Below are positions 50,685-63,619 of a stretch of 64,000 bases of DNA, piece after piece. Every line of letters begins with the position of its first letter. Position 1 is the stretch's first letter. The position numbers and the translations under genes were made by a program. This DNA is from Octopus sinensis. Its lineage: Eukaryota. The notes below the pieces were generated by a model. That model was not told the DNA's origin. It did not search any database and saw nothing but the letters and a program-made list of their open reading frames with translations. The DNA lies in contig NC_043019.1 of assembly GCF_006345805.1 (NCBI RefSeq), forward strand, positions 12,647,360 through 12,711,359, in the 5' to 3' direction.

Positions 50685-51910
50685 CATACATAAAAAATAA
50701 TTATAAAAATACAAAATGGGACAAGAACGCAAAACACTCAAATAGACGACACAAAATACGGACGGGTCATTCGAAGCCTCTAATCTTCAGTCAAGAACCG
50801 GATCATCCTCGCAATTTCGGCTGACATATATATATATATATATACATGCATATATATATACACACACACGTTTTATAATATTGTCGCAAGACCCCCATAT
50901 TCTCTGTAATGCTATTCGTGGTTCTGCTACCGGGGTAGAACCATTTTACCAATTGCAGTTCTTGGTTGGTATTGTCCTGTTCTGTGGACCATGGCAGGAT
51001 TTGAACTTAGAAATCACTGCTTACCATTCTTTTCACACTCTTGCTATTCTACCAATCCGCCGCCATTAAAACATAGTAACGTGCATCAGTGCGGGATTGA
51101 ACCCGGTCTGCCTGAACTCAAAAGCGAGCAACACCTTCATGGTAAGTAGCTTACCAACCACATGGTTCCGGGTTCAGTCCCACTGTGGGGCATCTTGGGT
51201 AAGTGTCTACTACTATAGCCTCGGGCTGACCAAAGCCTTGTGAGTGGATTTGGTAGACGGAAACTGAAAGAAGCCCGTCGTATGTATGTATATATATATA
51301 TATATATATATACATACATAAAAAATAATTATAAAAATACAAAATGGGACAAGAACGCAAAAACACTCAAATAGAAGACACAAAATACGGACGGGTCATT
51401 CGAAGCCTCTAATCTTCAGTCAAGAACCGGATCATCCTCGCAATTTCGGCTGACATATATATATATATATATACTGCATATATATATACACACACACGTT
51501 TTATAATATTGTCGCAAGACCCCATATTCTCTGTAATGCTATTCGTGGTTCTGCTACCGAGGGGTAGAACCATTTTACCAATTGCAGTTCTTGGTTGGTA
51601 TTGTCTTTCTGGACCATGGCAGGATTTGAACTTAGAAATCACTGCTTACCATTCTTTTCACACTCTTGCTATTCTACCAATCCGCCGCCATTAAAACATA
51701 GTAAGTGCATCAGTGCGGGATTGAACCCGGTCTGCCTGACTCAAAAGCGAGCAACACCTTCATGGTAATAGCTTACCAACCACATGGTTCCGGGTTCAGT
51801 CCCACTGTGGGGCAATCTTGGGTAAGTGTCTACACTATAGCCTCGGGCTGACCCAAGCCTTGTGAGTGGATTTGTAGACGGAAACTGAAAGAAGCCCGTC
51901 GTCGTAGTAG
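50680..51910 (+). repeat. ~630-bp tandem duplication
   Basis: ~50680-51300 is repeated at ~51310-51910, differing mainly by 1-bp indels. Confidence 0.9.
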
Positions 51911-52735
51911 GTATATATATATATATATATATATATGTATGCATGTGTGTGTATCTGTTTGTGTGTCCCCTCAACATCGCTTGACAACCGATGCTGGTGT
52001 GTTTACGTCCCTGTAAACATAGTGGTTCGGCAAAATAGACCAACAGAATAAGTACTAGGCTTACAAAGAATAAGTCCTGGGGTCGATTTGCTCGACTAAA
52101 AGCGGTGCTCCAGCATGGTCACAGTCAAATGACTGAAACAAGAGTAAAAGAGTATTATTCAAAATTAGAAAGAAAATTCAAGGGAAATAACTCTCGTTTA
52201 AATCACAAGCAGACAAGTGGAAATAATTGCGAAGCGCTTCTCTCCCTTGGTTATCGTAATGCAAACCGCGAAACTCGGCTTTGATTTTTCCGTAATTTCT
52301 TGCAGACTGAGGGATCTCCACAGGCGCTCCGACAGTTGTTTAATATTTTGCGTAGTAGTAGTAGTAGTAGTAGTAGTAACGTCGCTGATGTAAGGCGGTG
52401 AACTGGAAGAATCGTTATCACACTGGGTAAAATGCTTAACAGCATTTAACCTGTCTTTGACGTTCCGAGTTCGAATTCTGCCGATGTCGACTTTGCCTTT
52501 CACCCTTTCAAGGTCGATGAAATAAGTATCAGGTAAGCAACTGGGATCGATGAGATCGACTAGCCCCATCCTCTAAAAGTTCTAACTTTGTCCCCTATTG
52601 TAAAAAAAAAAGCTATTTATGTCGCTGCTGTTTAACACCAGGCCAACACCGATCGAACAGACAGACCAATCATTAAAGATATTCCAGGCGTAAACATCCC
52701 GCCTTTTTATCCAGTTTTATGTTAACAAGTTCTAT

Positions 52736-52972
52736 GGCGTAGGAGTGGCTGTGTGGTAAGTAGCTTGCTTACGAACCACATGGTTCCGGGTTCAGTCACA
52801 CTGCGTGGCACCTTGGGCAAGTGTCTTCTGCTATAGCCTCGGGCCGACCAAAGCCTTGTGAGTGGATTTGGTTGACAGAAACTGAGAGAAGCCCGTCGTA
52901 TATTGTATATATATATATATTATATATATATATATATATATAATATATATATAATATGTGTGTGTGTGTTTG

Positions 52973-53003
<31 letters not shown>

Positions 53004-53216
53004 ATATATGTTTATGTGTCTGTGTTTTTCCCCCCCAACATCGCTTGACAACCGATGCTGGTGTGTTTACGTCAACGTAACTTAGCGGTTCGGCAAAAGA
53101 AACCGATAGAATAAGTACTAGGCTTACAAAGAATAAGTCCTAAGGTCAATTTGCTCCACTAAAAGGCGGTGCTCCAGCATGGCCACAGTCAAATGACTGA
53201 AACATATAAAAGAGTA
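52736..53216 (+). mobile_element. SINE family A copy
   Basis: Match to family. Confidence 0.85.
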
Positions 53217-53904
53217 ATGTCATTCGTTTGCTTTTTTTTTTTTCTTCCTTAAAGACGATCATTTGCAGTGTGAGGAGGATCAGACTGCTATTCCTAGCAG
53301 GTGAGTAACCACATGGGAGTTTCCACATATTGTCAAAATAATCCCGTCGGTGGTTGAACGCAGGGCGTAGAGCCGGAAAATGTGCCGCCAAGCCTTTTTT
53401 CCGATATACTAACAACTCTATTTGTAAGCCGCTTTTTAAAAAAATAATAAGAATAAGAAGAAATACTTATGACAATATGGATTCATTTTCCAAAATCTCT
53501 CTTTATTTAAAACTGTTACAAACAGAAAAAACGGAAAAAGAATATGAGAAAGAAAATGTAAAATACAAAAAGAATAAATCAATATTATATATGAATGTAT
53601 ATTATATATAAACACCTCCACCTCGCTTACACACATAATATATGTATGTATATATATATATATATATAAACGTACATATACACATATATGTATTTATATA
53701 TGTATGTATGCATGTGGATATATATATTATAATATATATATATATATATAATATATATATATAATATATATTATATATACATATATATATACATATATAT
53801 ATATACATATATATACATACATACATACATACATCATACATATATATAATATATATATACACATATATATACATACATCCATACATATATATATATATAC
53901 ACAT

Positions 53905-53935
<31 letters not shown>

Positions 53936-53970
53936 ACATATACATTATACATACATACATACACATACAT

Positions 53971-54001
<31 letters not shown>

Positions 54002-54632
54002 ATATATATATATTATATATACATTATTATAATGGAGCATTTATACAACAGGCAACCACACAAACAAATCAGGTGTGTCAAGATCTTATCATAAAGGGCC
54101 GTTTAGCTAAAGGAAGCTTTTGGATGGTAAGTTATTGATTTAGTAAATAAGATTTATATATATAAAAAAAAAACACCCCCCTCCCCAGCAAAAAAAAAAA
54201 CAAAAAACAGAAACCCAAATAGAATCTTCTTCTCAGAAAAGGACATGCGCAAAATATATTTAGAAAGTTGAATTGAAACAACATTTATACAAATATACAC
54301 AGCGAAGCAAAAATATCCGCTGTTGTAGCACCCTAACTTAAAATGCACACCCACACGCGTTTTTCTATACAAATGCACGCTCTTAAAAGCATCCATCATA
54401 ATGAAAAAAAAAAAAGAAAAAAAAACACGCCCACGCACTCACACACGTTGAAATCTACAAATCTTGTTCATTCTCTCTCGGTCTATTTTCTCGTATTCCT
54501 TTCTGTAGAGGTGCGTTGGCTCGAAATGTAAACTCTTTTTCATTTTTCCCGAGCATCAAGCTAATACACTTGCTAATTGTTCATACATGTGTTCATCTTT
54601 TGTTTTTCTACAAATTTCAACTATATATATAT

Positions 54633-55024
54633 AGGCGCAGGAGTGGCTGTGTGGCAGGTAGCTTGCTTACCAACAACATGGTTCCGAGTTCAGTCCCACT
54701 GCGTGGCACCTTGGGCAAGTGTCTGCTACTATAGCCTCGGGCCGACCAAAGCCTTGTGAGTGGATTTGGTAGATGGAAACTGAAGCTCGTCGTATATGTG
54801 TATATGTATATATATATATGTGCGTGCGTTTGACCCCCCCAACATTGCTTGACAACCGATACTGGTGTGTTTACGTCTCTGTAACTAAACAGTTCGGCAA
54901 AAGAGACAGATTGAATAAGTGCTGGGCTTAGAAAGAATAAGTCCTGGGGTCGATTTGCTCGACTAAAGGCGGTGCTCCAGCATGGTCGCAGTCAAATGAC
55001 TGAAACAAAAGTAAAAGAGTAAGA

Positions 55025-55025
<1 letters not shown>
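54633..55025 (+). mobile_element. SINE family A copy
   Basis: Match to family. Confidence 0.85.
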
Positions 55026-55064
<39 letters not shown>

Positions 55065-55505
55065 CATATGTGTGTGTGTGTGTGGTGTGTGCGTGTGCGT
55101 GTGTGTGTAATATATATCTATATACAATCTATATACATACATATACATATATGTGTGTAGTGTGAGCTATAAATATTTACATATAATAAAACAAATTATA
55201 CATATTAAGACCACACCACTTGCTGCACCATACATACAATCATACATACATACATTATATATACATACATTAATTTATATATATATATACGTAATGTGTA
55301 TATATATATATATATATATATGCATACATACATTTATTTTATACATATATATATATATATAATACACGTATGTGGTGTATATACAACATATATATACATA
55401 TATATATTATATATATATATATATATTATATATTATATTATGTATATATATATATTATATATTATATGCATATATATGTATTATGAATCTATAGAGATAT
55501 ATATA

Positions 55506-55561
<56 letters not shown>

Positions 55562-55799
55562 GATATGTTATAATATATATATACATATATATATATAATG
55601 TATAATATATATGATATATACTATATATTATATAGATATTTATATTATATATATTATAGGTATATATATATTATATATATATAGATATATATATATAAGT
55701 ATATATATTATAGGTATATATATTATGTATACACACACATACTTGTATATATATATATATATATATAAATATAAATGTAGTATGCATTAATATTATATA

Positions 55800-55831
<32 letters not shown>

Positions 55832-55865
55832 AGTATATATAATATAGGTATATATATATATCTAG

Positions 55866-55900
<35 letters not shown>

Positions 55901-55941
55901 CATACATACATACACACGCATATATATATATATATATTATA

Positions 55942-55987
<46 letters not shown>

Positions 55988-56010
55988 ATATATATATATA
56001 TATATACGCG
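55026..56010. repeat. Long noisy (TA)n-rich tract
   Basis: Direct inspection. Confidence 0.9.
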
Positions 56011-56349
56011 CGCACATATATGTATGCATGCTTGAATCTATTTGAATCTGAGACTTCTTGATGCTTCTCTGAATTTCCTGGGAATATGAGTAGCAACGGT
56101 TCCAGTGAATTCAGTTTCTGATATTGAGTACGTTTTCTCCCGTTCTAACACACACACACACCACATACATGCCTCTATATCTATCTGTAAATACGGTTTG
56201 TCTTTCTGGGTTTGTGTGTGTATGAACGCTATTTCTCTAACAACTTTTTCGAGCCACCGTCTCTAATCACTAATTACCACTTCCTTAATTACGTACGTTT
56301 ATCAAATATGCATATCAACCTGTCAATTCTATGTTTATTACCCTGCCAT

Positions 56350-56477
56350 ATTAGTTGTTGCTGTTGCTAATGTTATTGTTGTTCTTGTTGCGGTTGTTCT
56401 TTTGCGGATGTCATCCATATCATTGTGGTCGTTATCACCATCATCGTCATCATCATCATCGACATGTTTTATTATGG

Positions 56478-56544
<67 letters not shown>

Positions 56545-56545
56545 C

Positions 56546-56578
<33 letters not shown>

Positions 56579-56923
56579 CGTTGTTGTTGCGGGCGTGCGG
56601 TGCACTGAGTAGGCAGAGATCCTAAGACAAGAACTTTCACTCGCTTCTGAGTTGACCCTGTGTTGTATGTTTAAAAATTCATTATGTAATCAATCATTAA
56701 TCAATCACTCAATTGCTCAACCAATTAGTCGATCAATCAATCATCAGTCATTCACTCAACTACTCAACCAATAAGTCAATGGGTCAATCAGCCAATCAGT
56801 CAATCACTCAGTCAGTCAGTCAGTCACTCACTCATTCAATCAATGATCATCCTCGCTCTCGTCATCATTACCGTCAATCAATCACTCAACTATTCAACCA
56901 ATAAATCAATCGGTCAATCAGCT

Positions 56924-56959
<36 letters not shown>

Positions 56960-57245
56960 ATCAATGATCATCATCATTACCGCTCTCATCATCATTACCG
57001 CCATCATTTTAATAATCGTCATCGTCATTATAATCATGGGAATAATCATCATCAGGTTAATGACGATCATCCTCATCATTGTCGTCGTCATTGCTCTCAC
57101 TGATGTCGTCGTCAGTGTGATGGTCATCTTCATCATCATCGCCGTCCTCGTTGCCGTCGTCGTCATGATGATCGTCGTCTTCACTACCAACATACGAAAA
57201 CCACCACCATAATAGTCGTCATCATCATCATCATCATCATCATCT
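56350..57245 (+). repeat. Compound (ATT)n/(GTT)n/(TCAA)n/(CAT)n simple-repeat block
   Basis: Direct inspection. Confidence 0.9.
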
Positions 57246-57913
57246 GTACTATGAAAAATTTTTCCCCCGTATCCTCGCACGTGCAGTCGACTACCAACTA
57301 CACTTGTAAATAAAAATAGATAAAAAGTAAAAAAAAAAAAACAGAGCATAAAACGAAAACAAAAATTAACAGTTTTTAATAAAAAAAAAGAAAGAAATAA
57401 AACACACCATCGCCATTACATGGAAAATAATTGTTTTAATATGTCCAATCCACCCTTGCACCCAATCAGCCCCTTTCATCCTCGAATATTTCCCACCCGT
57501 AAGTGATGACATACAAGGTACACTTTTTTTTCACCCATACCGCAAAAGAAAAAAAATGTCTCAAAAAAAAAAAAAATCCCCCCTGGCCCTAAATGCGAAG
57601 TTGGGCCTCCCATAAGCTTTTATACACTAAAATCATCTTTTCCTGAATATACACTGGTGAAATCCGGGTGCGCTTAATATGCGTCTTTTATGTCATCAAA
57701 TACGGTAGTTTTTCTCTCTAAAAATAACCGAAAAAATCTATTAAATTCGTAATTTTTCTTCATAATTCTATATCTGATACCAGATATAAAATTCGGTTGG
57801 TTTTCGAGTCGTTTCTTTCTTTTCATTTGAGAGTTCTTTTGTCTTTTCGTTGTTGTTTAACAGTGTAAAATGGTGAGATGGAAGTGTTCTTTTGGTTTTT
57901 TTTTTTTGGTTCT

Positions 57914-58044
57914 TTAGTAGTTCTTTAAAAACTTCTCGCAAGATTTGCAGCAGAGCTCTCTGTAACCGTTGTAGAAGCATGTGCGGTTGGTCGAGCCGTA
58001 TTTACAAAACTGGGTGTTGTCCTTGAGGCAAACAGTGACTTTGG
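57914..58044 (-). CDS. ADAMTS(-like) terminal exon, PLAC domain ([43 protein letters not shown])
   Basis: CCACAG acceptor; six-Cys PLAC pattern; TAA at 57916-57914; this frame is not in the ORF track. Confidence 0.9.
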
Positions 58045-59682
58045 CTGTGGAAAAAACAAAACAAAAGTAGAAATATAAATAAAATCTCGAGATAAAGTTA
58101 AGAATAAAAATAAAAGTTAAATAGAAATAAAAATAAAATAAAGAGCATAAAAAATATAAAAATAAGACTAAAATTAAAATAAAAGAATAAAAACAAAAAA
58201 GAATAAAAGTAAAAAAAGAATAGGCATAAAAAGTAGAAATACAAATAAAACCTCAAGATAAAGTTAAAAATAAAAATTAAATAGAAATAAAAATAAATAA
58301 AGAACATAAAAATATAAAAACAAGACTAAAATAAAGAACGATTAAAAAACAAAAAAAATTTAAAAGAATAGGCATAAAAAGTAGAAGTACAAATAAAATC
58401 TCAAGATAAAGTTAAAAATGAAAATTAAATAGAAATAAAAATAAAAATAAAATAAAGAACATAAAAAATATAAATACAAGCCTAAAATGAAAAAGAATAA
58501 AAAACAAAAAAAAAGAATAGAAATAAAAAAGAATTGGCATAAAAATAAAGATAGAAATATAAAAATATATAAGCTTATCGTTTCGGTTTCACATACAAAT
58601 CCGATTTTAAAAATAATTTCTTCTCAGAAATTTCTGAATATGTACTTGTCAGACAAGCGATTTCATTTTAAACGATCGCAGTGCTGAAGATGCATGTAAT
58701 ATGCCACTAAACAACGGGTAATGGCTGTAAACTTCCACTTAAACATTTAATTGATGCCTGAATTTTCATAGTACGAGCTGAGACCTGGTCACTGAGAAGG
58801 TTCCGCTGCGATGACAATTGTGGTATCAAATAATAACCGTTTAAATCTGTTTCTCAATCATTTTTGAAATTTATGAACTCCTTTGGTTTTTATTTTACTC
58901 AGGGCGCAGGAGTGGCTGTGCGGTAAGTAGCTTACTTACGAACCACATTGTTCCGGGTTCAGTCCCACTGCGTGGCACCTTGGGCAAGTGTCTTCTACTA
59001 TAGCCTCGGGCCGACAATAGCCTTGTGAATGGATTTGGTAGACGGAAACTGAAAGAAGCTCGTCGTATATATGTATATATATATGTATGTGTGTGTATGT
59101 TTGTGTGTCTGTCTTTGTCCCCCCCCAACATCGCTTGACAACCGATGGTGGTGTGTTTACGTTCCCGTCACTTAGCGGTTCGGCAAGAGAGACCGATAGA
59201 ATAAGTACTAGGCTTACAAAGAATAATTCCTGGGGTCGATTTGCTCGACTAAAAGGCGGTGCTCCAGCATGGCCACAGTCAAATGACTGAAACAAGTAAA
59301 AGAGTAAAAGAGGGGGAGGGTATCGTCAAAGCCATTTGATGTTTAAAAATCCTACATTTTTAGTAATAAATTAAATATTAGGAATTTTATAAAAAAATCG
59401 AAGAAGGTAGAAAAGGAGAAAGTAGGAAAGCTTCTGACAATGCGGTAAGTTTTATAAAACTTTTATATTTCAGGCATAAAGTCCTATCTTTAAAAGAAAA
59501 ACAGTCTGTGAAATGTCCAGTTATGCAGGTTCCGTGAAACCATTCAAATCCCCTAGCGTTATGTAGCTGCAGCAGTCACTCACCAAACGCTGCTGTAGGC
59601 TACTCACCATCTGTAGGACGATGTGACGATGTAGTAGTAGTATAGTAGTAGTAATAATAATAATAGTAGTAGCAGCAGCAGC

Positions 59683-59716
<34 letters not shown>

Positions 59717-62700
59717 TTCCTCAAATGTTGCCGCCCCATCTGTGGTGTGACGGCGTTATTTTATTATTATTATTGTTGTTGTTGTTGTGTTGTTGTTGTT
59801 GTTGTTATTATTAGAAGTAGTAGTAGTAGTCACCCCCCAAGTGAGGCCGGCTGTCCGAGTGTTGGTCTAAACAAACCTCCAGCTGTTAGATGCTGTCATA
59901 GGAGCCACCGGCTCAACTCCGATCGACTGTTAGTTTTTGGGTTAAAGCAGTGGATCAGTAGTGCCTCTTTTATACGTAGATTGCCGACGTTCTCTCCGAG
60001 GCTAGGACGGAGACGTCTATCTCTATGATGGTGTTGCCACATCTAGTCAGTGTTTGCGGAAGAAGGATTCGCGTTGGTGGTGAGATGCTCCTTAATTCAG
60101 GCGTGGAGTGGTGGTGCTGTGCTACTGATATAGTAGTTGTTTCATCTAAAGCATCGTATTTGATATACTATGCACGTACGTGGGCACATGATAGTGTCGT
60201 AAATGGGCCAGTTCGTTAGTGTGCAGGGCTGTTGCACTGCACATGATTACTCCGTTCATAGGTGTTTACGTTAAAATATTTTATGGTTTATAAAATATAA
60301 GTACCGTAAATCCTCGAGTATAATCCGCATTCCCCCCCCCCAAAAAAAATTTAAATGTCAAATACATAGTGCGTACTATATACGAGGTTAAATATGAAAA
60401 TTATTTTCTAAGCAATGTCCGATAGAATAAGTACTGGTGTCGATTCCTTCGACTAAAAATTCTTCAAAGCGATGCTCCAGTATGGCCGCAATCTAATGAC
60501 TGAAACAAACAAAAGAATATAAGAATAAAAAGGATCCTCTCCAATTCCTTACGTTTGCAGTCTTCCATTTTACAAGTTTTCGTCGTGCTTGGCATTTCTT
60601 TCTCGCACGGGAGTTTGTCGCTGTCCGGAGTAGAACAGGTCACAGTCCGGCCTTGTATTCCGCTACCACAGCTCACTGAACACTGTGCACGAAAGATGAA
60701 ATGAAACGAAATATAAGAAGAGGAAAAGGAAAGGAAAAAGAAAGGAAAAAGAAAAGAAAATGTCAGCGAGCATTTGGATATAAACAGTGAAAGTAAGTAA
60801 ACGAATGAACAATCAAGTCTTTCTAGTTCGTGGACCCCAGTACAGTAACCTCCCAGTTAATTACGTACCCGTATAAATAATTGATATATATTTTATCTTA
60901 TTTTATATATATGTATATATATGCGTATATATATGTATATATACATGTATATATGTATTACATATATATATATATATATATATGTATATATGGTATATAT
61001 GTATATATATATATATGTATATATGTATATATGTATATATGTATATATGCATATATGTATATAGCATATATGTATATATGCATATATATATGTATATATA
61101 TGTATGTATACATATATATATGTATATATGTATATATGTATATATATATATATATATTATGTATATATGTATATATGTATATATGTATATATGCATATAT
61201 GTATATATGTATATATGTATATATGCGTATATATATGTATATATACGCGTAAAATCTTCAAGAATCTTAAGCTCAAGGTTATCAACGATTTATTCTAAAT
61301 GAGAATAGTAACAATGCTAAAGCACACAGAGTAAAGCCGCTGGGCAAAAATTGACCTTGAACTCTTCTGTGCATGTGCACTGGGTTTTAACCTCACTTCC
61401 GCTGTTTACAGCAGTGCTTGGAAGGAAGGTGTGTAGCGTGTGATCGTCGCACTGACCATGACGAAGAAAGTTATCACGGCGACACCTGCTCAGAGGCCTG
61501 CGCAAAGTTGCAGAAAGTGTATGGAGAGGAGTGTATGATCTTCACACATGTGTATGAGTGGTTCAGACGTTTCCAAGATGGCCGAAAATATGTCGATATT
61601 GATGAACATTCTGAAGAACTGCAACCAGCAGAACTGAGAAAAACATTGAAGATGTGCGTGCAGCTGTGAGGGGAAATCGTCGAATCATCAGCCGTGAGTT
61701 ATCAGAGGATGTGGAAATTAGTTACGGTTCATTTCAGTCCATTATCACTGAGGATTTGGGTATGGGATACGTGTCTGCCAAGTTTGTACTAAAACTGCTT
61801 TCAGCTGACCCAAAAAACAGTCGGGTTTCAGTTGCAAAAGATCTCTTTGATTTTGTCGAGAATGATGAAAACCCTTTGAAAACTTTGCGGAAGACTCTGA
61901 GCAGGTATCGCCAAGTTTTGGCAAAATTTGATGCAGATTCTCTGCTCAGCTTACTCTGTCATGGTCAATGCGACGATTACACGCCACACACCTTCATTCC
62001 AAGCACTGCCGTAAACAGGGAAAGTGAGCTAGAACGTTAAAACTTAGTGCGCATGCACAACAGGGGTCAAGGTCAATGTGTGCCAAGCGGCTTCACTTTG
62101 CGTGCTTTAGCTTCGTTACTATAGCCACAGTCCGGATACTTATTGATCGTGAAAACCTCAATAAAATGTAAACATAACAGAGCTGATGTAATGATTTGGG
62201 ATAGAGAAAAAAAACTGTGTATAGTTGTGGAAATCAGCTGCCTGGCGGATGTTAACATAAAATTAAAGATTAGCGAACCATGGAGAAAATTACAGCTACT
62301 CTATCCAGATTACAAGTTCAGGTTTATACCTGTAATTATTGGGGCACTGAGATATGTAACACACTGCTTAAATATCAATATTGATGAATTAGGCTTCTCA
62401 AAACCAGAAAGGAGAAAGCTGATTCGAAGACTACAGATCAAAGCCATCACTAGAACTGTAAAGATCTGTAAAACTTTCTAAAAGTTTATCATTTAAGTAT
62501 ATATGAGCATGTTCAAGACATGCAACTATATGCATGAGATTAAAAACATAAAACAAAACATACAAATCTGCACTTATCCACCCATCCATCCATCCATACC
62601 CTATTGGTATTGTTGAAATTCGAATAAGGGAGCCTTGGATCTGGGTTAGAAACCGGCTTTTTTTTATCTATTGACAAGAAATCTTGAAATAAAACCGAAG

Positions 62701-62953
62701 AATGATATACATACATACATAAAAAATAATTGACAAAAATCTTACCTTAGACCATTCACCGACTTGCCATTCTCCAGCACAAGGAATCCGGTTGCATTCC
62801 CGGGTACCATTGGGTTCTTTACTTGCATCGCAGTAAGAATCAGAAACCACTTCATCTTTCTTTCGGGTGTCTGACACACAAAAGTATACGGGTTGCTCCA
62901 CACCATCTGTGCCGCACGTTTTAGAACAACTGCTCCATCGTTCAACCACCCAC
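57914..62953 (-). CDS. ADAMTS / ADAMTS-like protein, 3' end (TSP1 repeats + PLAC); partial, 5' exons outside the window
   Basis: Exons 62746-62953, 60553-60682 and 57914-58044 splice in frame (GT-AG; phases 2-0, 0-1, 1-stop). WSSCSKTCG and [11 protein letters not shown] are TSP1 motifs, followed by a C-terminal PLAC (..CCKSC). Confidence 0.9.
58063..58560 (+). repeat. A-rich tandem repeat, ~150-170 bp, three copies
   Basis: AAAAGTAGAA.TA.AAATAAAA.CTC.AGATAAAGTTAA recurs at ~58063, ~58228 and ~58377. Confidence 0.85.
58901..59311 (+). mobile_element. SINE family A copy (last ADAMTS intron)
   Basis: Match to family. Confidence 0.88.
60553..60682 (-). CDS. ADAMTS(-like) exon, TSP1 repeat ([16 protein letters not shown]...KTCKMEDCK)
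   Basis: GCACAG acceptor, GTAAGG donor, 130 nt. Confidence 0.92.
61304..62145 (+). mobile_element. mariner derivative: N-terminal HTH coding remnant between long inverted repeats
   Basis: [10 protein letters not shown]...[12 protein letters not shown]; [19 protein letters not shown]...[13 protein letters not shown]; ~61304-61516 is inverted at ~61875-62121. Confidence 0.85.
62146..62700 (+). mobile_element. RLE-type (R4/Dong-like) non-LTR retrotransposon 3' fragment
   Basis: [25 protein letters not shown] resembles a degenerate PD-(D/E)xK motif; [11 protein letters not shown]. Confidence 0.75.
62746..62953 (-). CDS. ADAMTS(-like) exon, TSP1 repeat ([14 protein letters not shown]...[19 protein letters not shown])
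   Basis: ATGCAG acceptor, AAG|GTAAGA donor, 208 nt. Confidence 0.92.
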
Positions 62954-63055
62954 CTGCATAAAAATAAGCGCTTTCTTCATAACCTAATCATAACATTTCG
63001 AAACTAATATATATATATAATAATAATAATAATAATCATAATAATAATAATAATA

Positions 63056-63093
<38 letters not shown>

Positions 63094-63381
63094 GGGAATA
63101 TTATTCCAAACTTACAGGGAAAAATTCAATTTAGAAATACTAAATCAAATTTCACAAAATATAATATATATATATTATGTGTGTGTGTGTGTGTGTGCGT
63201 GTGTGTGTAAATTAGAAAAAACACCTTTTATCAATTTAATAATGAAAAAATTAAATTATACCATTTAGAAAAATTACATCTTATAGAAAGATTAAACATA
63301 TGATAAAACATATATCAATTATTAAGTAATATGCAAAATAATAAATAAAACGTATATATTTGGTATTTATGTATGTATGTA

Positions 63382-63412
<31 letters not shown>

Positions 63413-63583
63413 CATACATGCATACATACACACACGCACACACATACATACATACATACATACATACATACATACATACATACATACATACATAGTTCAA
63501 ATTTACAGAAAACAAAAGACAAGGACAGGCGAAGGAACAGCAAGTAGGTGTATTGGTTTAACGCTCGGGAAGAATGGAATAGT

Positions 63584-63619
63584 CTTTGACGTTTCGAGCC
63601 TACGCTCTTTTGCAGAAAG
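63584..63619 (-). ncRNA. Degenerate minimal hammerhead motif (Penelope-type)
   Basis: Minus strand: CUUU-CUGCAAAA-GAGC-GUAG-GCUC-GAAACGUC-AAAG; stems intact, two substitutions in the core. Confidence 0.5.

Noticed and set aside
56402-56625. Poly-Y/poly-C/poly-L ORFs
   Set aside because: (ATT)n(GTT)n microsatellite.
57768-57980. 70-aa ORF from the ORF track
   Set aside because: Wrong frame; the PLAC-encoding frame overlaps it and ends at 57914.
57914-62953. Specific ADAMTS gene symbol
   Set aside because: A TSP1 + PLAC terminus is shared by several ADAMTS and ADAMTSL subfamilies and cannot be resolved from three exons.
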